Part shown: piece after piece, positions 1-11,900 of the stretch
Layout of the letters: each line of letters starts with the position of its first letter
Position numbering within the stretch: the stretch's first letter is position 1
Source of the DNA: an uncultured virus (IMG/VR IMGVR_UViG_3300042893_000829)
Taxonomy: Duplodnaviria; Heunggongvirae; Uroviricota; Caudoviricetes
Virus record (IMG/VR): IMGVR_UViG_3300042893_000829
Length of the DNA stretch: 64,000 nucleotides
Direction: 5' to 3' (one strand)
The notes under the pieces: model-generated
What the model saw: the letters and a program-made list of their open reading frames with translations, nothing else
Databases searched by the model: none
Told to the model about the DNA's origin: nothing
Position numbers and translations under genes: made by a program

Positions 1-363
1 TACGGGTGAAGTAAGTGTTGAATATGAGTTCCAATACCCATTTGTTGTTAATCCTGTTGATGCGTCAGGTGCGTTATTATAATTTGAGTTTAAAAGTATG
101 TTTGTAATATCAATAAATTCATTGTCATCAAAACCATTTGTTCTAAAAAATCCAACTGAACCTGTTACGCCAGGTACTGGTGTTGGTTGACTATCATCAG
201 GAACAGGTTGTGCGATCACATAACCCAAATCCTCATCGGGTCCGTTCCACCACTCCATCCCTGTGAATCCGGATGTAGGAAACCCTACCGCTAAATTACC
301 AACCTGAATTGTTCCTGATATTGTTGATCCTGTATTATACGAAAAAGGTCTTGTTGTTGCCAT
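1..363 (-). CDS. Hypothetical, probably virion-associated protein (5' part only; runs off the window)
   Basis: Not in the ORF track. ATG at 363 opens MATTRPFSYNTGSTISGTIQVGNLAVG...WWNGPDEDLGYVIAQPVP..., with no stop to the window edge. The GATATTTAT motif lies upstream at 378-387. Confidence 0.7.
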   Translation of the reverse strand, partial: MATTRPFSYNTGSTISGTIQVGNLAVGFPTSGFTGMEWWNGPDEDLGYVIAQPVPDDSQPTPVPGVTGSVGFFRTNGFDDNEFIDITNILLNSNYNNAPDASTGLTTNGYWNSYSTLTSPV

Positions 364-392
364 TATTGTTGTTTAACAATAAATATCAATAA

Positions 393-1331
393 CTATATAA
401 TTTCCATTATCTTATTATAAACCGCAAATATTGTTGGGTGACATTCAAATGTTTCTTTTTTTTCAAGACAATTTACTAAAGATGGAATACCTTGTATCGA
501 TTCCCATTCTCTAACACCATATCTTATATCGGAAGCACAATTTAAACCACATCCACCAACTACATAATGGTATTTATATTCTTGTGAACCTTTTCTATAT
601 GGTGATCTAAACTCAGGATTTATTGAGCTACCTAATTGAATGATATCAACATCTGTTGTTCCTGCCAAATGTAATAAACCTGAATCCATTGTGATGAAAC
701 ACATAGATTTATTAATAAGATGCCAAGTTTGAGATAAACTTGTTTGATTCATTAGGTTCATACCCAATTCTATTGGAAAATTAAATACGGGTTTATCAAC
801 ATTGGATCCACCAAGTTCTGATGAATCTTTACCAACTGATACAACGGCAATACCTCTTTCATTTAAAAGTTTTACAAGTAGTTGCCATTTTTTTGCGTCC
901 CACGTTCTTGAGTTCCAGTTCTGAACGGGATGGATTAAAACATATTTTTCAGGTAAACCTTCAATTGGTTCATATTGATCTGAAATGTAATCCAATTCCA
1001 TTTCATCTTTGCTTAACATAAACCCAAGATTAATCGCATGGAATTGTCTAATGTCCATTGCGTTATGTTTATAACAAACCCCATTTGGATGATATCCAAT
1101 ATTAAATGAATTAAAGATTTCGTATTCTTCTCTTTGTTCATCATTTATTGGGTTGAGTGATTCGTTATAAACTACATCCACATATGGGTTATTTGAAAAT
1201 AGATATGGGTGGTGTGTCATCACCGAAATTTTTTTACCGTAAGAATTATAAAGTTTTCTTAACGTTGGTGTTACCGATAAAGTGTCACCTAACGCCCTAC
1301 ACCCTAACACATCAATACAAACATCTTTCAT
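393..1331 (-). CDS. GT9-family (ADP-heptose:LPS heptosyltransferase-like) glycosyltransferase
   Basis: ALGDTL at the N-terminus, YVLIHP...RTW, FITMDSGLLHLAG and a C-terminal Cys cluster (GCGLNC...C...FECHP). Confidence 0.8.
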   Translation of the reverse strand: MKDVCIDVLGCRALGDTLSVTPTLRKLYNSYGKKISVMTHHPYLFSNNPYVDVVYNESLNPINDEQREEYEIFNSFNIGYHPNGVCYKHNAMDIRQFHAINLGFMLSKDEMELDYISDQYEPIEGLPEKYVLIHPVQNWNSRTWDAKKWQLLVKLLNERGIAVVSVGKDSSELGGSNVDKPVFNFPIELGMNLMNQTSLSQTWHLINKSMCFITMDSGLLHLAGTTDVDIIQLGSSINPEFRSPYRKGSQEYKYHYVVGGCGLNCASDIRYGVREWESIQGIPSLVNCLEKKETFECHPTIFAVYNKIMEII

Positions 1332-1382
1332 TCTATAATAATATGAACTTCACAATTAAAATGTATGTTTTATTTTTATAGT

Positions 1383-4300
1383 ATGAAAAAAACTAAAATA
1401 GTTTTAATAAGTTCTTATTGTGATACCAAAGAAAAAATTGATGTTTTAATAAATACCATCAAATCCGTTAAGAGTTACAATTTAGATGTAATGGTAAATA
1501 GTCCTTTACCCTTACCTTCCGATGTGATAAATATGTGTGATTTTTATGTGCAAACAAAAGAAAACCCATTACTTAATTGGCCCGAAAAATCTGTTATGTC
1601 TTGGGTAAGACATACGGACAAAGATAAAGAAATTGTGATTAAAAGATCTGTAATTGATTATGGGTGGGCGGGACTTTACCAAACTAAAAAATTATCTGAA
1701 TATGCTTTAACTTATGACTATGACAGATATTATCATATTATATATGATACGGAAATTGATGATACGGTGGTTTCTACTTTTTTATCTGATAAAATATGTA
1801 ACTTTTTTCCATTTCATGAACACAAAGTTAGTTTACATTTAATTGCGTTAGACAGAGAAAACCTATTGAAATTTTCAAATCTGATTACTTTTGATAGTTA
1901 CCTTAAATTTAATTGTATAGTTGAGAACTGGCTTTATGATACTCTAATTAATAGTAATCTGGATTATAAAATTGAATTAGAAAAAATTGATGATTTAATA
2001 TTATTTCATAAAGACGAAAATTTATTTGATTACTCTGATATTAATGGTTTAGTTTTTTTTATAGTTAAAGATGTTGTAAATAATGATGAGGTTTGTTTAT
2101 ATTTTTACAATAATAAAGAAAAAATAAATGTTTTAATTACCGTAGATGGTGTCGAGTCCTCTTATGATATATCCAATAGGGATATCATTAATTTAGGGTT
2201 TAAACCATGCAATATAAAAAATGTTTTAATATCTTATGATGGAATATCATCGGATATAACAGAAAAAATAAAAAATATTATCCACAATGTTATTGAAATT
2301 ATTATGAATAAATCAAAAATTAAACTATTATATCTTACACCACACCTATCAACAGGTGGAATGCCTCAATTTGTATTAAAAAGAATTCAAGAACTCCAAA
2401 AATACAAAGACCAAATTGAAATATTTTTGGTTGAGTATTCTCAGTTTAGTAACACATACGTTGTCCAACGAGATAAAATAATTAATCTATTAGGTGAAGG
2501 TCATTTTTTTAGTTTAGGTGATACAACCAACACAAAAAGAAAATATGAGTTAATTGATATTATTAAAAACAATGATATTGATATTGTCCATTCTGAAGAA
2601 ATGTTAGAAGGATTTGAAAGTTTTAATAAAATTCCACTACCATTGTTAAATCAACTTTATTCAAATGATAGGTCTTGGAAAATGGTTGAGACTTGTCATA
2701 ATGTTTGGTTTAATCCGCAAACACATAAAAAGTTCAATCCTGAAGCGTATTGTTTTGTTACCCCTTATCATTTAAAGGAAACGTTTTTAAATGAAACACC
2801 AATTAAGTTTTTATCGTTATACCCAATTGAGAATAAGGTAACTAAAATTTTAGAGGAGAATGAAATCTATGGTGATTTTAATCAAGTACCACTTATTGAA
2901 AAAATTAAAGTAAGAAATGAACTTGGTTTGGATATGTTTAAAACTCACGTACTTAATGTTGGGTTATGGACAAGTGGTAAAAATCAAGGTGAAGGTGTTG
3001 AGGTTGCAAGAGAATTAATTGAATCAAATCCAGATATTGAATTCCATTTTATTGGGAACCAAGCTCCAAACTTTGAAGACTATTGGGGTCCAATAATGAA
3101 TAATTTACCATCAAACGTAAAAGTATGGGGTGAGCGTAATGACGTTGAAAAATTCATGACGGCTTGTGATGTTTTAATGTTTAACTCAACTTGGGAATGT
3201 AATCCGTTGGTTGTTAGAGAATCAATCAACTATGGAATGAAAATCCTTGCAAGAGATTTACCACAATACATGGGTATGTTTGATGGATATATAACACCAA
3301 TAGAAGGTGATGTTAAAAACATATCAAAACAATTGGTTGGACTTATCGAAAATAAGGACGTTTATAAAATATTACCTGATAATACATTTGGTGAAGATTT
3401 ATTAAATTTTTATAACGCAGTTACAAATATAAAAATTACCCAAAACAAACCATTAACCAAAGATTATACTTTTGTTAGACATTATGTTAATCAACCTTAT
3501 TTTGAGGTACAAGGAACCACAGAAAACAAATTGAACATTAAATATTATGATGATAACAATAATGTTAATTATCAGAACGAATTATCAATTAATAGTTGGG
3601 TTAAATTAAATAAAGAATACTTTATTAAATGGAGAACAACGGTTGAAGAAAATGGTGAAATCATTTACGATGAGACTTTAAATTTAAAAGATAAACGAGT
3701 ATATATTTCTTTTGGATCAAAATCATTAGGAGATACAATGGCTTGGATTCCTTATTGTGAGGTATTTAGAAAAAAACATGGTTGTCAACTTATAGTATCA
3801 ACATTCCTTAATAGTTTGTTTAAAGACCAATATCCTGATATTGAATTTGTTGAACCTGGTGATTTGGTAACTAATATACATGCACAATATAGATTAGGTT
3901 GGTTTTACAATGAAGATGGTAAATTTGATGCAAACAAACACCCATTTGATTTTAAGAAAATGCCATTACAAAAAACTGCAACCGATATATTAGGTTTAGA
4001 TTATGAAGAAGTTAGACCACTATTAAAATTACCTGATACACCTAAAAAGAAAAAAGTTGGTATTGGGTTTCACTCAACTGCACAATCAAAATATTGGAAC
4101 AACCCTGACGGATGGCAAACAGTTATAGACCATCTTAATAATTTGGGATATGAATGTATGGTCTATTCTAAAGAAGGTGATGGATATATGAATAACCATT
4201 ATCCTGAAGGTGTAACAATATTTAAAGGAGGTAACCTACAAGAAGTAATTGATGACCTATCAAGTTGTGAGTTCTTTATTGGTTTAGGGTCTGGTTTATC

Positions 4301-5858
4301 TTGGTTGGCTTGGGCTTGTAAATTACCTGTCGTTTTGATTTCAGGATTTAGTGAGAAATGGGCGGAAACAACTTTAGATACATACAGAGTTATTAACGAA
4401 AGTGTTTGTCATGGATGTTTTAACTCAGATAGATTAGATGCTGGTGATTGGAATTGGTGTCCACTACATAAGAATACGGATCGGATGTTTGAATGTACAA
4501 AAGAAATAAGTTCCGATATGGTTATTAAAGAAATAAATAAAATAATTAACAAAGAATTTAATAGTGATTTAGTTACTATTATATTGTCCCATGCAAACAC
4601 AAAAGAAAAAAGAAAAATTTTAATAGAACATTTAAAAACAATTAACACAAAAATACTACTATCAACAAATTACCCAATTGATGATGAAATTAAAGTTTTA
4701 TGTGATTACGTCATATATGATGAGGATAACCCAATATTATTGAAGGAGGATTTTAATAAGTATAACGTGTCTTTTTATTTTTATAGTGTCAGAAAAGGGG
4801 TTGAGGTAAGGGAGTCTTTTGATTATGAACATGGGTATGCCGTTTATAAATTAATACAAAATGGATTAACTGAATCAAAAAAATTAGGATTTAAATATTC
4901 TCATATTATAAATTACGATTATTTAATAAACAAAAATACATTACAAGATAATTATAAATTATTAGAAAATTACGATTCCGTATTTTATAGATATAAAAAT
5001 AAATCATATACGCAAGACTCATACTGTACTGGATTTTTTACAGGAAAAATAGATAAGTTAATTAAACCATTTACCCACTATAACACAAAAGACGAATATT
5101 ATAATTATGACGGGTATAATAAAATATTAGAAATAATAACAAAAGATGCGGTAAAAAAACAAAACTTAAATGTTAAAGAACTTTTTTATGAAGATTTAAT
5201 GGAAACATCAATTGTTAATAGAGTAGACGATAACCACAAAAATAACAAAGAAGTAATGGAAGAAAACGAATTCAAAAAAATAAGTGATTATTATAATTGC
5301 GATAAAACATCCACACACACATACCATAACGTCTATTCAAAAATATTTGAAGGGATAAGAGATGAGGTATTTTCGTTATTAGAAATCGGAATTCATGAGG
5401 GAGCATCTTTAAATGTTTGGAGAGACTATTTGAAGAATGCTAATATATATGGTTTAGATATCAATAGGGAATTTTCACATGATAGGGGTCATATTTTTAA
5501 AGGAGACCAAAATAACTTATTTGATTTAGAAAAAATCACATCAGAAATAAAAAGTTGTAAAGTCATAATTGATGATGCTTCCCATAATCCACAACATCAA
5601 ATTAAAACCTTTAATTATCTTTTTGAGAATTTATTAGAAGATGGTGGGTACTATATTATTGAAGACGTTGAAACGTCGTATTGGGATCCATTATCTGAAT
5701 TATATGGGTATGAAATTGGTTATTTAAATGTTGTTGATTATTTTAGTAAATTAACACATAATGTTAATTACAAATACAATGGATTTAATAATACTTTAAA
5801 AATTGAAAGCATTTTATTTACATCAAATTGTATTGTGATAAAAAAATTAATGAAATAA
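1383..5858 (+). CDS. Multidomain glyco-modification enzyme: unknown domain / GT4 / Aah-TibC-type O-heptosyltransferase / paralogous unknown domain / SAM-dependent methyltransferase
   Basis: Likely start is the ATG at 1383 (MKKTKI); the ORF track starts at 1365. GT4 motifs: HLSTGG, VGLWTSGKNQ, ECNPLVVRES. Heptosyltransferase motifs: SLGDTMAWIPY, FFIGLGSGLSWLAWA, VCHGCFN..WNWCP..FECTKEI. Methyltransferase motifs: LLEIGIHEGASL, GLDI, IIDDASH, GGYYIIED. Confidence 0.85.
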   Translation: MKKTKIVLISSYCDTKEKIDVLINTIKSVKSYNLDVMVNSPLPLPSDVINMCDFYVQTKENPLLNWPEKSVMSWVRHTDKDKEIVIKRSVIDYGWAGLYQTKKLSEYALTYDYDRYYHIIYDTEIDDTVVSTFLSDKICNFFPFHEHKVSLHLIALDRENLLKFSNLITFDSYLKFNCIVENWLYDTLINSNLDYKIELEKIDDLILFHKDENLFDYSDINGLVFFIVKDVVNNDEVCLYFYNNKEKINVLITVDGVESSYDISNRDIINLGFKPCNIKNVLISYDGISSDITEKIKNIIHNVIEIIMNKSKIKLLYLTPHLSTGGMPQFVLKRIQELQKYKDQIEIFLVEYSQFSNTYVVQRDKIINLLGEGHFFSLGDTTNTKRKYELIDIIKNNDIDIVHSEEMLEGFESFNKIPLPLLNQLYSNDRSWKMVETCHNVWFNPQTHKKFNPEAYCFVTPYHLKETFLNETPIKFLSLYPIENKVTKILEENEIYGDFNQVPLIEKIKVRNELGLDMFKTHVLNVGLWTSGKNQGEGVEVARELIESNPDIEFHFIGNQAPNFEDYWGPIMNNLPSNVKVWGERNDVEKFMTACDVLMFNSTWECNPLVVRESINYGMKILARDLPQYMGMFDGYITPIEGDVKNISKQLVGLIENKDVYKILPDNTFGEDLLNFYNAVTNIKITQNKPLTKDYTFVRHYVNQPYFEVQGTTENKLNIKYYDDNNNVNYQNELSINSWVKLNKEYFIKWRTTVEENGEIIYDETLNLKDKRVYISFGSKSLGDTMAWIPYCEVFRKKHGCQLIVSTFLNSLFKDQYPDIEFVEPGDLVTNIHAQYRLGWFYNEDGKFDANKHPFDFKKMPLQKTATDILGLDYEEVRPLLKLPDTPKKKKVGIGFHSTAQSKYWNNPDGWQTVIDHLNNLGYECMVYSKEGDGYMNNHYPEGVTIFKGGNLQEVIDDLSSCEFFIGLGSGLSWLAWACKLPVVLISGFSEKWAETTLDTYRVINESVCHGCFNSDRLDAGDWNWCPLHKNTDRMFECTKEISSDMVIKEINKIINKEFNSDLVTIILSHANTKEKRKILIEHLKTINTKILLSTNYPIDDEIKVLCDYVIYDEDNPILLKEDFNKYNVSFYFYSVRKGVEVRESFDYEHGYAVYKLIQNGLTESKKLGFKYSHIINYDYLINKNTLQDNYKLLENYDSVFYRYKNKSYTQDSYCTGFFTGKIDKLIKPFTHYNTKDEYYNYDGYNKILEIITKDAVKKQNLNVKELFYEDLMETSIVNRVDDNHKNNKEVMEENEFKKISDYYNCDKTSTHTYHNVYSKIFEGIRDEVFSLLEIGIHEGASLNVWRDYLKNANIYGLDINREFSHDRGHIFKGDQNNLFDLEKITSEIKSCKVIIDDASHNPQHQIKTFNYLFENLLEDGGYYIIEDVETSYWDPLSELYGYEIGYLNVVDYFSKLTHNVNYKYNGFNNTLKIESILFTSNCIVIKKLMK

Positions 5859-5895
5859 TAAATGGGATCTATATAGATAACAGAAAATAAGTTTT

Positions 5896-5923
5896 AACCC
5901 TCACCTTTAAAGTGGGGGGGTTT
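5896..5923. terminator. Probable bidirectional intrinsic terminator between convergent genes
   Basis: Imperfect GC hairpin aaccctcac-ctttaaa-gtgggggggttt between stop codons at 5858 and 5938. Confidence 0.6.
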
Positions 5924-5937
5924 ATATTATAGTTTTA

Positions 5938-8900
5938 TTAAGCGGTTACCGCTCTTATAACTGCGAACGATAAAACAATTGCCTGACCCAAATTACCCGT
6001 TGTAACATTTCTCACTGAAATAACCGCAGAACCTCCTGATGGAAATGCATTTAAATTGTAAGAAGCGCTTGTACCAACAGAGGTGTGTTGGAGAACTACA
6101 ATGTCTGTTGCACCAATCGTAGTATTAGTTAAAGTGAAGGATACCGTTGTGTCGGCGTTCAATGTTGCGCTGTGCATCACTATTTGTCCTGTTGGTCTAC
6201 TAAGAGTGACCCCTGTTGATTTACTTGTTAACTGAGTTACAGTTCCACCAGCACCTGTATCGTAACCTAATTTTGTCGATGAGCCAATCGAATAAAGATT
6301 ACCAACTGTTGTTGTTGTGTTTCCAGTATTGATAAATCTAAAACCAGCATTTGAACCGTTAGCACCAATAACTAAGTTTTCACCCGTAGTTGAAACCATA
6401 GCGGTATCTCCAAGAACACTGTTATTATTGTATCCTCCCGCACTTACATATGGTGAGAAAAGCACACCTTCACTCGATGCATTAATAATACGAGCACTAA
6501 TTCCATCAGTAACTCTAGTGCCTGAAGTAACATCTAATGGATATGTGGGCGCACCTGAGCTACCAATTTGTAAGAAATTATTTATTCCAATATTTCCAGT
6601 AGTAAAAATAGACATTCTATTATTACTTCCAAGAACTGCGGTTGCACCATAAGATATGGTAAATGCTTGGTTGGTGTTATCAATACCAACCGCAACTGAG
6701 TTTGTTCCGGTTGACGGTATAAACCTTACAAATGGGTCATTTGTAGCACGGTCTGTCATTGATATGTTTGGAGATGCACTATCTTTTTCTAACGTTAAAG
6801 TTGTACCATCAAATATTGCTCCTGACTCTCCTTGTAGTGTGTTTGCAGTACCTGTGGCAGTAACTAAATAATTGTTTGCGTTGGAATTTATTACTACGCT
6901 AGCGCCTGAAGTACCGTTGGTACCCGAAGTTCCATTTGTACCTGAAGACCCATTCGTACCACTAGACCCATTCGTACCACTAGTTCCATTCGTACCACTA
7001 GTTCCATTAGTTCCATTAGTTCCATTAGTCCCATTAGTACCATTTGTTCCTGAAGTACCATTTGTTCCATTAGTACCATTAGTACCATTCGTACCTGACG
7101 TGCCATCTAGTCCATTAAAGACCCATGAAACAGTATATTCGGCAGTGTCAGTTAACGACCCTGAACCAGTGACAAAAGTAAGTGATATCTCCCAATATGT
7201 GATATTATCTGTTATAACACCAATCTCATAGATTCCAATTACACTATTATTAGATAATTCTGTTATTTGTAGATAACCTTTATTACCCGCCGATATTAAA
7301 GTGTTTAATGAGTCAAACCAATCGTAATAATTTGTTGTATTAATATCCTCAATATTAATAGCAATTGCTGAAATTGTTGATATTATTTGTGTATCCGCAA
7401 GAAAAGTCGTTGAAGAAGGACTTGCAGGTATTGGAAAAGTTCCGTCATAAAACCATCTTCCACTATTTGATCCATCATTACCCACTTTTCCAGGATTTCC
7501 ATTATTTCCTGAAGTTCCATCTGTTCCTGAAGTTCCATCTGTACCTGAAGTTCCTGCCTGTGCCATTAATGCCCAATTACCACTAAATGGAGGAGTTGGT
7601 ATCCCCGTATTACCATTTATTAATGAAATATAAGAACTACCGGCAAATTGAACGACATCATTTATATTGTAAGTGGACATTAAGTTCCATGAACCTTGCC
7701 AATTAAATGAAATGCCACTAGTTCCGTTAGTACCTGATGTTCCATTTGTTCCGTTTGTACCATTTGTTCCCGAAGTTCCATTAGTTCCTGAAGTTCCATT
7801 AGTGCCATTAGTTCCGCTCGTACCATTAGTTCCGTTAGTTCCTGAAGTTCCGTTTGTACCATTAGTCCCTGAAGTACCATTCGTTCCCGACGTACCATTA
7901 GTTCCATTCGTACCTGATGTTCCGTTCGTTCCTGAGGTTCCATTCGTACCATTAGTACCGCTTGAACCATTTGTTCCATTAGTACCCGATGTTCCATTTG
8001 TTCCTGATGTTCCATTAGTACCATTAGTTCCGTTAGTACCGTTTGTTCCTGATGTACCATTTGTTCCGTTTGTACCTGAAGATCCGTTAGTACCATTTGT
8101 ACCACTAGTTCCGTTCGTACCGTTAGTACCTGAAGTTCCATTAGTACCGTTAGTTCCATTCGTACCGTTAGTACCTGAAGTTCCGTTGGTACCTGATGTG
8201 CCGTTAGTTCCCGAAGTTCCATTCGTACCGTTAGTCCCATTGGTTCCACTAGTTCCATTTGTTCCGTTAGTACCAGATGTTCCATTAGTACCGCTTGTAC
8301 CATTCGTTCCGTTAGTTCCATTAGTTCCTGAAGTCCCATTAGTACCATTTGTTCCCGAAGTTCCGTTGGTTCCATTAGTACCTGATGTTCCATTAGTTCC
8401 GTTTGTACCATTGGTTCCATTTGTACCATTAGTACCCGATGTTCCGTTAGTCCCATTTGTTCCGCTAGTACCATTTGTTCCATTAGTGCCCGATGTACCG
8501 TTCGTACCTGAAGACCCATTAGTTCCATTCGTACCGTTTGTTCCCGAAGTTCCGTTGGTGCCTGAAGATCCTGAGTCACCATTTACTCCGCTAGTACCAT
8601 TTGTGCCCGATGTTCCATTAGTACCTGAAGTCCCATTAGTACCATTAGTACCATTAGTACCATTAGTACCATTAGTTCCCGATGTTCCATTAGTCCCTGA
8701 AGTTCCGCTAGTCCCATTTGTTCCTGAAGTTCCATTAGTTCCCGAAGTACCATTTGTTCCGTTAGTCCCTGAAGTTCCGTTAGTTCCATTGGTCCCGCTC
8801 GTACCATTTGTACCGCTAGTTCCATTAGTACCCGATGTACCGTTAGTTCCATTCGTTCCGTTTGTACCTGAAGTCCCATTAGTCCCATTCGTTCCATTAG

Positions 8901-11900
8901 TACCTGACGTACCATTAGTACCATTAGTTCCCGATGTTCCGTTAGTTCCATTGGTCCCTGAAGTTCCATTTGTTCCGCTTGTACCTGAAGTTCCATTTGT
9001 ACCTGAAGTCCCATTGGTTCCATTTGTTCCCGAAGTTCCATTAGTACCGTTGGTTCCATTCGTCCCATTTGTTCCTGATGTTCCATTTGTTCCGTTTGTA
9101 CCTGAAGTACCATTTGTACCTGAAGTTCCATTTGTACCTGAAGTTCCGGCAGATGTTAATAAATTTGTGCCGACACCCGCAGCACATGCGGTTATGTCAA
9201 GAAACGCACCTCTTGCAGTACCACCTTGTTCAAAAAACCTAATTCTATTTTGCCATACGTCAAAAGTAACGCCTGCGCCTGCAATGGTAGTGTTAGTTAC
9301 AGGTTTACTTAATAGGATTTCTCCACCTTCATCACCAGCCTGATACAATACACTTAATTTTGTACCGTCAAAAGTTAAAAGAGATTCGGCAACTATTCCA
9401 CCCGATCCGTTTGAAGTTAGTATTTGGTCGTTTGACCCTGGAACTGTTGGTGATGATCCACTAGTTCCATTGGTTCCGCTCGTACCATTAGTACCTGAAG
9501 TTCCATTTGTTCCTGATGTTCCATTTGTGCCGTTAGTACCTGATGTACCATTTGTACCTGAGGTACCATTCGTCCCATTAGTACCCGAAGTTCCATTAGT
9601 TCCGCTAGTCCCATTTGTACCATTTGTACCCGAAGTCCCGTTTGTTCCGTTAGTACCATTTGTTCCTGACGTTCCGTTCGTACCATTAGTACCTGAAGTT
9701 CCATTTGTACCCGAAGTTCCGTTTGTACCTGATGTCCCATCAGTTCCATCAACCCCAGAAAGGCCACTAGAACCACTAGACCCACTAGTACCATTTGTTC
9801 CATTCGTTCCCGATGTTCCGTTTGTACCATTAGTCCCTGATGTACCATTTGTTCCATTTGTACCACTAGTTCCGTTGGTACCACTTGTACCATTCGTACC
9901 GTTTGTCCCTGAAGTACCGTTTGTACCACTTGTTCCATTAGTTCCATTTGTGCCTGAAGTACCGTTAGTTCCTGATGTACCATTCGTTCCGCTAGTACCA
10001 TTTGTACCATTTGTACCTGACGTACCGTTGGTTCCATTCGTCCCTGAAGTCCCGTTAGTTCCGTTCGTACCATTAGTGCCAGATGTTCCATTGGTCCCTG
10101 ACGTTCCGTTGGTACCTGAAGTTCCGTTAGTACCTGAGGTTCCATTCGTACCATTAGTACCTGACGTACCGTTAGTTCCACTCGTACCATTTGTTCCTGA
10201 AGTTCCGTTAGTACCGTTAGTTCCTGATGTCCCATTTGTCCCTGAAGTTCCGTTGGTACCATTTGTTCCTGACGTTCCATTGGTTCCTGAAGTACCGTTA
10301 GTCCCATTTGTTCCGCTAGTACCATTTGTTCCTGAAGTGCCGTTAGTACCTGAGGTTCCCGATTCTCCATTTACACCACTTGTACCGTTAGTACCACTTG
10401 AACCATTAGTACCATTAGTCCCTGAAGTACCGTTAGTACCAGATGTTCCGTTTGTGCCTGAAGATCCTGAGTCTCCATTTACTCCGCTAGTACCATTAGT
10501 TCCTGAAGTTCCGTTTGTTCCATTAGTTCCATTAGTTCCATTAGTTCCGCTAGTACCATTTGTACCACTAGTCCCATTTGTCCCTGATGATCCGTTTGTT
10601 CCTGAAGTACCGTTCGTACCATTTGTTCCACTAGTGCCGTCGGTACCTGAAGTTCCATTCGTTCCGTTAGTACCTGATGTACCATTTGTTCCTGAAGTTC
10701 CATTTGTACCGTTGGTACCACTAGTTCCAGAAGTTCCGTTTGTACCTGAAGTTCCATTCGTTCCGTTAGTACCTGACGTTCCATTTGTTCCGTTTGTACC
10801 CGAAGTACCGCTAGTACCATTTGTTCCACTAGTACCGTCGGTACCTGAAGTTCCATTCGTTCCGTTAGTGCCACTAGTACCGTTCGTACCGCTAGTACCA
10901 TTTGTTCCCGATGTTCCGTTAGTACCATTAGTGCCTGAAGTACCATTAGTACCAGATGTTCCGTTTGTACCTGAAGATCCTGAATCACCATTTACTCCGC
11001 TAGTACCATTTGTGCCCGATGTTCCATTCGTACCGCTAGTACCATTTGTGCCGTTAGTCCCTGACGTTCCATTTGTTCCATTTGTACCTGAAGTCCCATT
11101 CGTTCCGCTAGTCCCGTTTGTTCCATTCGTTCCGCTAGTTCCGTTTGTTCCACTAGTTCCTGACGTTCCATTTGTTCCTGAAGACCCTGAGTCACCATTT
11201 ACTCCGCTTGTGCCGTTAGTACCTGATGTTCCATTTACTCCACTTGTACCATTCGTTCCTGACGTACCGTTAGTTCCTGATGTTCCGTTTGTACCGCTAG
11301 TACCATTTGTACCATTTGTACCCGAAGTTCCATTGGTACCATTTGTTCCGTTGGTGCCTGATGTCCCATTAGTTCCACTAGTTCCATTTGTGCCTGAAGA
11401 TCCTGAGTCTCCACTTACCCCGCTCGTACCATTAGTACCTGAAGTTCCATTAGTACCATTTGTTCCGTTGGTGCCTGATGTCCCAGAAGTCCCTGATTCC
11501 CCATTAACTCCGCTTGTACCATTAGTCCCTGATGTTCCGTTTGTACCGTTAGTTCCTGAAGACCCATTTGTTCCATTAGTGCCGCTAGTTCCATTTGTTC
11601 CATTAGTGCCGCTAGTTCCATTTGTTCCGTTTGTTCCTGATGTTCCATTAGTGCCGCTAGTTCCATTTGTTCCGTTTGTCCCTGATGTTCCGTTAGTACC
11701 ATTAGTACCTGATGTTCCATTAGTTCCTGAAGTACCATTTGTACCTGACGTTCCGTTTGTTCCATTAGTTCCCGAAGTTCCGTTTGTCCCATTTGTTCCG
11801 CTAGTACCTGAAGATCCGTTAGTACCATCAGTACCTGATGTTCCATCTGTTCCATTAGTTCCACTTGTACCTGAAGTTCCGTTTACTCCAGATATACCAC

